From: Sphyrna mokarran
Lineage: Eukaryota
DNA: 64,000 bases
Assembly (NCBI GenBank): GCA_024679065.1
Contig: JAGIQG010000011.1
Location: 68,634,001-68,698,000, forward strand
Direction: 5' to 3'
Positions 52,030 through 64,000 of this stretch are shown piece after piece (position 1 is the stretch's first letter; each line of letters opens with the position of its first letter). A program made the translations under genes and the position numbers. Below the pieces are notes generated by a model. The model worked only from the letters and a program-made list of their open reading frames with translations. It did not search any database and was not told where the DNA came from.

Positions 52030-53342
52030 TTGTTTGAGGCAGCCACTGCTTGGCACTAATTGGCACATATGTTATTTGCCATTTATCAATTCAAGTCTGA
52101 ATGTTGTTCAGGTCTTGCTGCACACAGATACAGATTGCTTCATTAGTTGAAGCGTTATGAATAGAACACTGTAATCATCAGTGAACACACCCACATTTAA
52201 CCCAGATTGAAAAATGATTGGGCCAAGGACAAAGCCCTGAACAATTCAAGCATCAATGTCCTGGAGCTGACATTCTTGGACTCTAAACAATCACCACCAT
52301 TTTCCTTTGTGTTCACCATGACCCCAATCATTGGAGAGCTTACCCCCACAACTCTCAATAACATCAATTTTGTTATAATAATGTCACACTCATTCAGGGG
52401 TAACATTAATCAACAACTGTCATCAAAACTCTGAATTCAGCTCTTTTATCCGTGTTTGTCCGTGGTAAAGACAGCTATGAGATTTGGGGCCAAATTGTGC
52501 CACTGAAATCCAAACTGAGCACTATTGAGATAGTGATAGGTAGGCGATTGAGACAGGAGAATAAATGTGCATTGACAGCACTGTTGATAATGCATTCCAG
52601 CACTTTGCTAATAATTGCAAGTTAACTGTTGGGTTGGCTTGGATTTATCCTGCCTTTTGTGGATACAACATACCTGGGCAATTTCCCACTTTCTTTAAGA
52701 CTTATCTAGATAATCGCATTAACAGACTGGAAATAGAGAGATATAAACGAATGATCTAGTTGGGCGCATGAGCAGCACAGGCTTGGAGGGCCAAAGGGCC
52801 TGTTCCTGTTCTGTGTTGTTCTTAGACAGATGCCAGTATTGTAGCTGTAGTGGGAAAGCTTGGCCAGAGGTATAGCTCATTTTGAAGCTTACTAAAGCCA
52901 AGTTTAATGATACATAATGCAGATATTGGGCAGAATTTAATCCAATTCTTAGGAGCTGGCTGTGAGGTGGGAAGGGACTATCAAATTGGGTTGGACAGTA
53001 AGGAAGTGGAGTTTCCATCATGTCCCTGACTCTCCCCGATTCAGTCAGGAACAGGAAATGTTGAGAATGGCCTATCAACCTCAGGACTATTTGAGGCTCT
53101 TAATTAGCCAAATTAAGGGTCTAAGCTCACGGGGAGAGGGATGGAGGGATGGGGGGTAAGGGGTGGGGGGTGATACAGGGAGACAATCCATTATGATCTG
53201 GAGCCCTTCCTGTAGGCCGTGGCATGTGGATGGTCCCCAGCACCATAGGCCACCACTCTGAAATGCCTGATCCATTTATCTGGATTCTGAGGCCTCTATC
53301 ATTGTTGGTTAACTCCCTAATTGGGTATCAGAATTTGGGTAA

Positions 53343-53555
53343 TTCTTTACCCAAAGGGTGGTTAGGGAGTGGAATGCCCTGCCTGCGGCAGTTGTAGATG
53401 TGCCAAGTTTGGTGGCGTTTAAGAGGTTAGTTGACAAGTACATGGAAGAGAAGGGAATGGTTTAGTTTGGAGGGTCATTGCTTTTTATTGGTCTGCGCAA
53501 CATCGAAGGCCGAAGGGCCTGTTCTGTGCTGTAATGTTCTATGTTCTATGTTCTA
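53343..53555 (+). mobile_element. Young CR1 family A, extreme 3' end
   Basis: Near-identical to the reverse complement of 8980-9195; ends atgttctatgttctatgttcta. Confidence 0.9.
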
Positions 53556-54599
53556 ATGGCCACTGATTTCCGTTGCAGCTTCCAGAAATGGCTGTGGTGA
53601 TGTTACCCTCAATTTTCTGCGCAGTAAAGACCACCACAACTGCCATCAGATTCAGCCCACTGTACCAATATTATGAGTATTATGCCTTCCCTTATCTGCT
53701 TATTAGTAGCAGCTTCATAAGCAGAATCAGCTTTGATTTAAAATCAAATCAATTTCTTTGACAACTGCATACATCTGTGAATTGGGAAAGACAACAAGCA
53801 TTTTCACAATCAGAGGAACAGAGGAGAACAATCAGACTGGAGAACCATAAAATCATATCACGCAGTGGGATACCATTCAACCCACTGTGTCTCTGCCTAC
53901 TCTTTGAAAAAGCTCTCCAATTAGTCCTGCTCTTTACCCTCCACATATTGTAATATATTCTCATTCACACAGTACTCTGACTCTCCAGCTTCAATCAGCA
54001 AAAAGCATAAATGTTTTGCTTTGTAACATGGTCAAACCTTTCTGTTCTTGCATGAAGCAGTGCCCAGTTATTGTTGAAAAATCATGGGCTGTTGAATGCA
54101 TTGGAGTATAACCCTAGGTCATAACTAACATTCATCCCAAAGGACAGTTTTTCAGAAATATATATTTTGGAAATATATAATTTTTCCATAAACTCAAATA
54201 TTCCTTATTTCCATATCAGCAGAGAAAACTGCACATCATGTTAGCACATAATATCTTCTAAAATATTTTTTACATGGAATTTACAGCACAGATATAGACC
54301 GTTCAGCCCTACTGATCTATGTATATTTCACTTACGTCTCCTCCCACTGCTTTTTGTCTATTTCTATCAGTATATCATTCCATTCCTCTCTCCTTCACAT
54401 GCCTATCTAGCTTCCTTTAAAGGCATCTTTGTCGTGCACCTCATTATTCCTCGTGAGAGGGAGCTTCACATTCCCTGAGAAAAGAAGTTTTATATATCTG
54501 CAGATTTGTGAGTAAATAATTTACATTTATGATTACTACTGTCGATTTTTCCAAATTGGAGATAGAATAAAATTTATTTCTGGTGTTGGCCTGTTGTAT

Positions 54600-56490
54600 A
54601 TTTATGGATGTAATTGTTGGAGGTCAATCATCTCAGCCTAAGGACAGTATTACAGGAACAAAAACAGAAAATGCTGAAAAAGCTCAGCAGGTCTGGCAGC
54701 ATCTGTGGAGAGAGAATGGAACCAATGTTTTGAGTGATTTACTTTTATTCCAGTATTGCAGGAGTTCCTCAGGGTAGTATCCTAAGCACAATCATCTACA
54801 GCTGCTTTGTCTATGACTTTCCTCCCTTCATAAGGTCAGAAATAAGATTGTTTGCTCATAATTGCACAGCATTCAGTTCAATTCACAGCACCTCAATAAT
54901 AAAGCAGCCTGTCCCTGCATGAAGCAAGACCTGGACAACATTCAGGCGTGGGCTGATAAGTGGCAAATAGCATTTGTGCCGTGACCATCTGCTACCAGAG
55001 AGGAGTTCACTATCTATCCTTATCGTTCATTGGGCTTGCTGTTGTCATCAACATTCTGGGGGGATTACCTTTGACCAGAAATTTAACTGAACCTGACATC
55101 TCAGCACTCGGGCACAAAAGAGGCTCAAAGTTTGGGAATCCTGTGGTGAAAGTCTCACATCCAAACATCGCAAAGTCACTCCATTATAAGAATGTAAGAA
55201 CATAAGAACAAAAAGCAGAAGTAGGCCATCTGGCCCCTCGAGCCTGCTCTGCCATTCAATAAGATCATGGCTGATCTTTTTGTGCATTCGACTCCACTTA
55301 CACACCCTCTTCACCCTGAATTCATTTACTGTTTAAAAATCTATCTATCTTTGGCTTAAAAACATTCAATGAAGTAGCCTCAACTTCTTCACTGGGTAGG
55401 GAGTTCCACAGATTCACAACTATTTAGGTGAAGAAGTTTTCTTCAAATCTGGCCTAAAACTGTTCCTCCTTATTTTGAGATTCTGCCCCTTATTTCTAGT
55501 TTTACCCATCAGTGGAAACAATCTCCCTGCTTCTATCTTATCTATTGCCTTCATAATTTTATATATTTTTTAAGATCCCCCCCTCAATCTTATAAATTCT
55601 GATGCGTATAGTCCCTAGTCTACTCTGTCTCTCCTCATAAGCCAATCCTCTCAACTCCAGAATCAACCTAGTTAATCTCCTTTGCACCTCCTCCAGTGCC
55701 AGTATATCCTTTCTCAAGTAAGGAGACCAAAACTATACACAATACTCCAGGTGTGGCCTCACCAGTACTTTATACAACGGCAACATAACATCCCTGTTTT
55801 TAAACCCTCTCCCTCTTGCAATAAAGAACAAAATTCCATTTGCCTTCTTAATTACTTGCAGCACCTGCAAGCCAACTTTTTGTGATTCATGCACAAGGTA
55901 CATGACCCAAGGTAATTGACAGGAGTGTGATAGTCACTCTTTGCCAGAATGTGTTCAGCTCCAACAGTCATGAAGATCGACACTATTCAGGTCAAAGTAG
56001 CCTATTTGATTGGCTTTTCATTTATCACCGTAACCACTCATCTCTTGACCACCAGCACTCAATGGCAGCAGCGTATATCATATTCAAGATGCACTGCAGC
56101 AAAGGCTCCTTTAACAGCTCGTTTCAAACCTGAAACCTCTACTGCCTGCTTCTCATGGGCAATTAGGGATAGGCAATAAATGCTGGCATAACCAGTGATG
56201 CCCACACCCAATAAATGAATTGAAAGGAGAAGGGCAGTAGCCACGTGGAAACACCACTTGCAAGTCCCTTTCTAAGACTTACACCACACTGATCTGGAAG
56301 TATATTGCTGTTCTTTCATTGTTGCTGGATTAAAATCCTGGAAGTTCCTCCCAAACAGCGTTCTTACACCACAGTGTCTGCAGAGATTGCAGAAGTTAAC
56401 TCATCATGAGCTTCTCAAGGGCAATCAGGGGTGGGTAATGAACAGGGGCCTAGCCAAGATGCCCACAGCCATGAAGAAATATTTTAAAAA
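54600..56490 (+). mobile_element. L2/Crack-like LINE (RT region to 3' end) with nested PLE fragment (54658-54750) and CR1 (55185-55900, minus)
   Basis: IAGVPQGSILST motif, gacctggacaacattcaggcgtgggctgataagtggc, and 3' end gggataggcaataaatgctggc..cccacaccc. Confidence 0.8.
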
Positions 56491-57479
56491 AGCTGTCTGA
56501 GAGTACAATCTACACAGCACAATCATTAATAATACTCTTTCAAAAGAAAAGCCCAGTGGCATTTTCCTCAGCTACAAAGGACAAAATTAGTGATTGCACT
56601 GAGAATGTTAGCATTAACAACCTGATTTTCATGTTGAGTCTTGGAAAATAAGGAATTCTAGTGGCTGAAAACTGCCCATACTTTTATGTAGATCTTGTTT
56701 TTCAAATTTTATCCCAGTATCTGACAGAAGGTCATTCCCAGGGCTGACCTTATTAGTACAATGGAGAGGTCTTCATCAAAATGATTGCTTTTTACAGGTA
56801 CAGTTGTAAACTTGGCAAATCATAGGCCTCTCCTCTCTGTACACGAGTAGTGATTTACTAGCAAGGATTTTATCCTTATTAAACAATAAGCAGTTCATAA
56901 AAGCCTATTCGCTAAAGGTTCACCATTTAATTCCCAAATGCTTTTTCCTTCAAAACAATGATTTACATCTGGTGACATAGAATTATAGGAAGTACTGCAA
57001 AAAAGGCCAGAGTTCATTTCTCAATGGATTCTTTTTCTTCAATAAGACTTTCAGTGCTTATCATCTCTCATTACTGTTAAAAAGTAACACCTGTCTGCAG
57101 TTTGGATGGTAACATTAAGTAATACAGCATTTTATCAATACTTCATTTCAGAGTTTGGCTGAAGGTAACAAAAAGTTTCAGAGAGGAAATGCATGAGCAG
57201 TGAAACGTTTCACATTTAGTTTGATCCTGTCATATCAAAAGCTGAAAATAATCTGCATCACACTATTTTTACTTCAGAATTTGAAGTCGTGTTAACAGGT
57301 CTTCAATGGCCTTATGGTGATTTGGATAACAGGTTGTTTTAGAACAGCACGGAATTACACAAATGCAATATCCTGCAGCTAATAAATATAATTTAATCTG
57401 TTACTTTAAGAACGCAAAGTTGAAGAGGTGAAATTGATCCTCAGCGGTTGCACAAAATGGACAATAGCAAATCAAACAC

Positions 57480-57770
57480 TGCTGGCACAATGGCTAACAC
57501 TGTTGCCTCACAGTACCAGGGACCTAGTTCGAATGTCAGCTTGGGTCATTGTCTGTGTGAAGTCTGCACGTTCCCCCCACATCTGTGTGTATTTCCTCCA
57601 GGTGCTCCAGTTTTCTCCCACAGTCCAAAAGACATGCCGGTTAGGTGCTATGCTAAATTCTCCCTCAGCGTAACCAAACAGGCACTGGAATGCGACAACT
57701 AGGGATTTTCATACTCCGTAACTTCATTGTAGTGTTAGCGTAAACCTACTTGTGATCCTAATAAATAAGT
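57480..57770 (+). mobile_element. V-SINE with alternative tail
   Basis: Head, V-domain, then aaattctccctcagcgtaaccaaacaggcactggaatgcgac..cctacttgtgatcctaataaataa. Confidence 0.85.
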
Positions 57771-58757
57771 AAAGAAACTCAATGGAGAAAAGTATGAAGA
57801 GTAAACAGCCTGGTGATTCTCTATCACCCATGTTATCCTACTGCTGGCCATCCTCACCATCCCCTGCCAATGCTGCTCTCCATCTCCTGAAGCTTAGGAG
57901 GCAATTTTCCAGGTTCTCAGGTTATTGATTGTACCTTTCAGCACAGAAGAAACCAGCAAGCTTTCCTTTCCCTTTAATTCTGAAATAAGTTTGACATTTT
58001 GAGTGTGATGGATAAATGTTAGATGAACATGACATATCAGATGCATGGTTAGATAGATGATAAGACTTCAGCCCTAATTTTACATTTAGCTTGATTTTAC
58101 ATTTCTAGCTCATAGTTACCATGTTGAGAGAACAGCTGGTGTTTGTCCATTGCACAATGTAGCACATGACGCATATGAACATTATTTTTAATTGCTGCTT
58201 TTGTCATTCATCATCGAGAAGAAAGATCTAAAGATTTTGTATGTGAAGGAGACATCTGTCACTTTTATTTAAATTGTGTTATTTAAATGTAAGTCTTTGA
58301 ATAAATAATCATAAGTGACAGAGGACCTATCGGGGAGAAATTCAATTCATAGCCATCTGTTTTGCGACTGACAAAATATGGGAAAAAAAGCAATTTCTAA
58401 TGCAAACTATGCTGTGGAAATTCAATAAACACTATAGCAAACAGATCCAAATGATTCGGAATATTTGAGCAGGGGACTGTCCCCTTTAAATAGAGCTTGT
58501 AATTGTCCATTTGAAACCAATATTGCTTGATTTTATGCAATATGTTCAGAGCTGGGAGGACCTTCAGTTTTTATTGTGTTAACATTGATTCAGAAGACTC
58601 TGATTTGAATAAACTGAGATTTCTGCCTGCTTCAGGTGTATCTCATCCCCAAAGAAAGCCAATGGGAAGCAAAGCAAGAAAAGGTGGATGATCTTCTATT
58701 GGGATTTCAACCATGCAAAGTGGAGGGAACTAAAGTCACTCATGTCTGATTATGGTT

Positions 58758-59052
58758 TAAGTTTATTTATTAGTGTCACAAGTAGGCTTATATTCACACT
58801 GTAATGAAGTTACTGTGAAGATCCCCTAGTCGTCACACTCTGGCACCTGTTCGGGTACACTGAGGAAGAATTTAACATGGCCAATGCACCTAACCAGCAC
58901 ATCTTCCGGACTGTGGGAGGAAATCAGAGGAAACCCAAGCAGACATGGAGAGAATGTGCAGACTCCACACAGACAGTGACTCAAACCAGGAATTGAGCCC
59001 AGGTTCCTGGCACTGTGAAGTAGCAGTGCTAACCACCATCTCACTGTGCTGT
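58758..59052 (-). mobile_element. V-SINE with alternative tail
   Basis: Highly similar to 34300-34600. Confidence 0.85.
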
Positions 59053-61914
59053 CAAAGGAACTGGAGAGAATTAAACTGTCATAGGAATAAGTTAGGTTAT
59101 TCCATCCCTCAAAACTGCTCCATTTACCTGCTTCAGCTCCATACACTTCAATACCCATATCTAACAAAAATCTAACGACTTAAATCTAGAAAGTTCTATT
59201 TGCTCCAGCATCTACAGGAAAATAATTAAAATACTTAAAGTTGTTCAGAAGAAAGATGCTGCATTTAATCGAACAAAACCCGCCAAATCTTTTTATCTGC
59301 AATCAGCTGTTTTATTGGGGAAGCAGCACCTCACAACCTGTTTGGAAAATTACAATATGTAACCCTATAAAAATAGTCGTTGCCATTGTAAATCTCCTAG
59401 AGCATGTTCCAGCATTTACCTTGCGAATAAATCAGAAATTCAACCACATTATTCTAGTAAATGGATTCCCTCACTTGGCTTCTAATGCAAAAGGTTCAAA
59501 GTGGCAATCATATTTCGGGGAACAACACTTCAATTGCACTTTGCCTGCTGTAGAATTGACTCATGCCGAACACATCAATGTCAAGACCAATATTTTTAAA
59601 AAGTGCTTTCTCTATACAAGCTATTTCCACTCAGAAATGTCACATCTTGTTAACTGATGTTATTAGCCTACTCTGTCCACACATCAGGGAAAGAATGTAT
59701 TAAATACATAAAAAAATGAGACAATGCATCAGTTTGATTCAACTAAATGTCACTGCTCTCCAATGCAGAATTGTTATAGTTATTGCAGAGAATTGAGGTA
59801 AGCCTTACATCATCCAGTCAAGAAAATAAACAATCACTGACATCAGAAAAAATGAACTACCTTCTTCATTCATACACACATCAAACCTCTGCCACAAACA
59901 GGACTGTGTTTAACTCCTATTAGAAGTCAGAATAAAATCTTTCTGGTTTAAAGTTCTACAAGTTGCAGTTTCAGAACCTTGGAAATTTTACCTTCTACAG
60001 ATTCTTTAGATGCCCTTTGTCACTATGGTGTCTCTTAACAAGGCAGCTCGGGATTAAAATTTTCCTTTGACATCTGTATTCAGTGAAGTAGTTATTGGCC
60101 ATGCTTTTTTTTTGTTTGCATTAACAATTCAAAGGAGACAAAGAACTGCTCCCTCTTCCTTCTATACTTTCTCACTGATGCACTTTTACCACAACCATAG
60201 GCTATTGTAACATAATTATTCCCCATTGACTGCAGATGCAGACTAAACAATGATCAATTCTACTGCACTCGTGGTTGGAGGATAAGTTTGAGAAATAGTA
60301 AGGGAAATCGTTTTGAATATTGTTAAAAAGAGAGACATGTTGCTGAAGATTCTGATTTTACTCTCTCAACAGGACAATTACAAGAATGCCAAATTTCAGA
60401 TAGACATACTTTATATTACAGGAGAAAAGGGCACTGATTGATTAACAAGTAAAATTTGATTTGTCGAGATGTTATGATGAAGAAAGCAATGAGAAACTAC
60501 GGGCCCTCAGAGCTCCTGGGTAAAGTAAAGCTTAGGCAAATTCATTTGCAAAGAATGATTATTGTATATGTATGTCACTTCTAACAAGTATAAATGAGCA
60601 TATTACATTGACTATGTCTTAAACTTAATGTTCGTGTAGTTATTGACGCATTCAGGATTGTTCTATAAATGCTGTTCAGTTACAAAATCACACCTAACAG
60701 AAGACATTTTGCTTCTGGACTCTGCCTATTAAGAAGAACTCAAGGAACATGCTGCTTTATTTAATTAACCCATTGCTGAAATGTATAGTTTACATACCTG
60801 ACATTGCACCAGCAGTGAAATTCATTTCTCAATTGTACGGTAAGTAGAGTATCTGTTTTTGCAATATTTCTCTTTTCAATAATATTCAAGTTCTGAAACC
60901 ATTTGTACAAAATTATTATTTATGTGCCCCTCGCTTAAATTATATCTAAGGGTTAAAGCCTGTATCAAATAATGTAAAATAAATGAGATGTGAAGTACAA
61001 GATAATAAATCTGTACGAGAAAACCAAGACTTTGATGTATCTGAATATTTGTCCATAGAGTGCAAGAAACAATACCTCACTGTATACTAATATATATGAT
61101 AATAATAAGTCAAATCAAAAAGAAAATGAAATCAAAGTGTTTTGTAACCTTATATAATTTCAGGTTTCTGAGTTGATAAAAACATCTATGCTAGAAACTT
61201 CCGACCTTGCCTGCGGCTGGGATTCTCCAGTGCCGCTGCAATGAATGCAATTATGGCAGAACCAAATTCTCCATTCTCGATGGCAAGGGGTGGGGTGAAT
61301 GAACTCAGAGAATCCCATACCTAATTTTGAATAAATCTCAAGGCTATTTATTTTGTTTTTGAATTCATTGTTAATATAACATGGACAATTTGTTAATGTA
61401 CTACAACATATCTAAAAGAACACGTTTCTAACACTCATGCCTGCTAGGAATGAGATTGAAATGTCTGCCCAAATACATTATATTCAAGGTTTTGTAATCA
61501 ATTAAAAAGGGCATACAGGGTCTTCTTCAATTTGTCTAGGTTAATTTTCAAGTATGAGATGATAATATTCCATGTCAACTTTTCTTATAGAGATTTGATT
61601 ATTCACCTCTGCTGAATTTGTAATCCTCGTTGGCAGTATTTCAACAGAACTTTCCTAAACTGGTGAATGTTTGTTCTATCACACAACCTCGATAATGCTG
61701 CAATCATGCAAATTGCCCAGCAGATGGCTTCACATTGCTTTTGAAGACTTTGTGAGAATGCTGCTTGTAATAGTCAGTAATGACTGCCATCTTGTTTTCC
61801 CTTCTCAGATAAATTTCAATCCAACACTTTTCAACAAGTTCTCTGGAGTTAATTTTTCAATTTAATGGGGGTGAATTTTGACTTGCAATGAATTTTCTGG
61901 CTGCTAACTAAACT

Positions 61915-62055
61915 GACGTAGAGATGATGGCGCTGGACTTGGTTAAACACAGTAAGAAGTCTGACAACACCAGGTTTAAATCCAACCAATTTATGTAAGT
62001 TTACTATCAAATAAATCGGTTGGATTTGAACCTGGTGTTGTCAGACTTCTTACTG
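61915..62055. mobile_element. Minimal PLE fold-back insertion with 13-bp target-site duplication
   Basis: Arms cagtaagaagtctgacaacaccaggtttaaatccaaccaatttat and ataaatcggttggatttgaacctggtgttgtcagacttcttactg; tgctaactaaact at 61902-61914 and 62056-62068. Confidence 0.85.
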
Positions 62056-62174
62056 TGCTAACTAAACTAACAAGTTAATTTCTTACCAGCCTGTGGCAAG
62101 TTAAGGGTAAGGCAACTTTTACCAACATGTTTCAGAACTAAGACACCACACATGCCCCACAGTGGGAAGCAGGC

Positions 62175-62915
62175 TTTGATTTATTATCTTCACATTTGTT
62201 TGGATAAAGTGAGAAGTATTGTTTCTTGCACGCTATACAGATAAAACATGCTGTTTATAGAGTGCATAGAGGAGAAAGAAAGGAGAGAATGCAGAGTGGA
62301 GTGTTGCAGTTACAGGTATGGTGTGGAGAAAGATCAGCTTAATATATGGTTGGTCCATTCAAAAGTCTGACATCAGCAGGGAAGAAGTTTTTCTTTAGTC
62401 AATTGGTATGTGTTCTTAAACACAGACGGAAGAAGGCTGAAGAGAGTATGTCCAGGGTGCATGGGATCCTTGATTAGACTGACTGTTTTTCTGAGGCAAC
62501 CGGAATTGTAGATGGAGTAAATAGATGAAAGCTGATTTGCATGATGGAGTGGGCTTTGTTCACAACCCTTTGTAGTTCCTTGTAGTCTTGGTCAAAGCAG
62601 AAGCAAGTTATGATACATCCAGGAAGAATATTTTCTATACTGCACCTGTAAATATTGGTGAAAGCCATAGTGGACATGCCAAACTTGCTTAGCCTCCTGA
62701 GAAAGTAAAGGTGTTGGTGGGCTTTCTTAATGATAGCATCAGCATAGAGGGATCAGGACAGGTTGTTGGTGATGTGGGCTCTCAGAAATTCAAAGTTGTT
62801 GATCATTTCCACTTCATCACCATTGATGTAGACAAGGGCATATCCTCTACTATGTTTCCTGAAGTCAATGACTATCTCTTTTGTTTTACTGATATTGAGG
62901 GAGAGATTATTGGAC
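62175..62915 (-). mobile_element. Rex1/Babar-like LINE fragment
   Basis: FTNIYRCSIENILPGCIITCF..DYKELQRVVNKAHSI; homologous to 38915-39465. Confidence 0.85.
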
Positions 62916-62964
62916 TAATGACCTCGCAACGTCGACCATCCTCAACTAGCTGCCAGCACTCAAA

Positions 62965-63350
62965 GGAAGAAATAACTTGCAAGTCTTTCACAATCTCAGA
63001 GCACCCTAAAGTGTTGTATAGCTAATTTAGCAAGTGTAGTCATGATTGTAATGCCCAAAATGCAACCGCCAGTTTGAGTACAAGAAGCTTTGTCAGACAA
63101 TAACACGATCAGGGTCAAGTAATCTAATTCATTGATGTAGTTGAGGGATACATAGGTTAGGAAACAGGAGAGAACTGCCCTGTTTTTCTTTAAATAATGC
63201 CAATAGGATCTTTTACATCCACCAAAGAGGCAGATTTAACATTTTGGTTTAATATCTCTTCCTAAAGATGGCATCTCAAAATAAGCAGCAGATCCTCTGA
63301 CCTAAGTGGTTTGTAGATTACCCACTCAAGTCACTAACATCTGAAGTCCA
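62965..63350 (-). mobile_element. Deu-domain SINE (SacSINE1-like), degenerate
   Basis: gatgtagttgagggatacataggttaggaaacaggagagaactgccctgtttttcttt..ggatcttttacatccacc..ggtttaatatctcttcctaaagatggcatctc. Confidence 0.7.
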
Positions 63351-63624
63351 GGACCTGGTTTCTGGATACATGTTGACTAAGGAATGGAGCAGTGGTTCAG
63401 ACCTGGAGAAAATTAAACTTTATATTGTGGAGGAACATTCCTTCTCCTCCTCATTCAGCAATGGAAGTGTAAAAGTGTAGCCTGGCTGTGTCCTGGTTGG
63501 GTCTTGACTGGCCTTTATCTGCTGAGGAAACAATGATTTTTCCAATGGGACATAAAATTGCAGTTGTGTACTGCTGATGTCATTGGATCCTGATCTCCCG
63601 CTTTACAGGAGGATCCTGCTTGCT

Positions 63625-63950
63625 CATAGAACCATAGATTCCCTAAAGTACAGAAAGAGGCCATGCAGCCCATCGAGTTTGCACTGACTCTCCAAAAAAA
63701 GCATCCCACTCAAGCTTTCCCCTCTGTCCCATCCACATGACCCCATGCATATACCACAGTTAATCCACATATACATCTTTGGACACTATGATGCAATTTA
63801 GCATGTCCAATCTACCTAAGCTGCATACCTTTGAACTGTGGGAAGAAACCCATGTGGTCATGGGGAGATCGTTAAAACTTCACACAGACACCCAAGGGCA
63901 GAATTAAGCCCAGGTCCCTGGCGCTGGGAGGCAGCAGTCCTAACCACAAC
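63625..63950 (-). mobile_element. HE1-type V-SINE
   Basis: catagaaccatagattccctaaagtacagaaagaggcc... through ..cccaggtccctggcgctgggaggcagcagtcctaaccac. Confidence 0.85.
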
Positions 63951-64000
63951 ATCATAACCCCAGTGTTATGATGGGGCAATTTAGCAGAAAAGGCAATCAC

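Larger units (their letters stand above)
5250..64000 (-). other. LRP1B: Part of a very large LRP1B intron, upstream of the exon in transcript order
   Basis: I found no minus-strand reading frame resembling the expected preceding exon (EGF repeat plus propeller start, GTNVC...GNIQLI..W) in the ORF track or by eye. The region is dominated by repeats. Confidence 0.75.

Noticed and set aside
6908-55900. Apparent excess of CR1 copies in the LRP1B sense orientation
   Set aside because: Roughly 14 minus versus 9 plus fragments; too few to distinguish from chance.

Overview
Eukaryotic, repeat-rich genomic DNA. The repeats (HE1-type V-SINEs, CR1/HER1-type LINEs, SacSINE1-like Deu-SINEs) point to an elasmobranch, probably a shark. 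The only host coding sequence I can support is one 190-bp minus-strand exon (5060-5249) of an LRP1B orthologue (YWTD beta-propeller region). The rest appears to be intron, with more than 58 kb upstream of the exon lacking the expected previous exon. The intron is a nested mosaic of several CR1 LINE subfamilies (some very young), an L2/Crack-like LINE with a partner SINE, Rex1/Babar fragments, V-SINEs with two alternative 3' tails, a Harbinger transposase fossil with MITE-like derivatives, and two Penelope-like element (PLE) families. The most notable structures are short PLE-derived fold-back insertions with 13-14 bp target-site duplications carrying minimal hammerhead-ribozyme motifs (one apparently intact and in the LRP1B sense orientation), and an unexplained 106-nt hairpin at 18027-18132. 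Repeat family names come from recalled consensus sequences rather than database searches, and repeat boundaries are approximate. I see no evidence of a wholly new protein-coding system.
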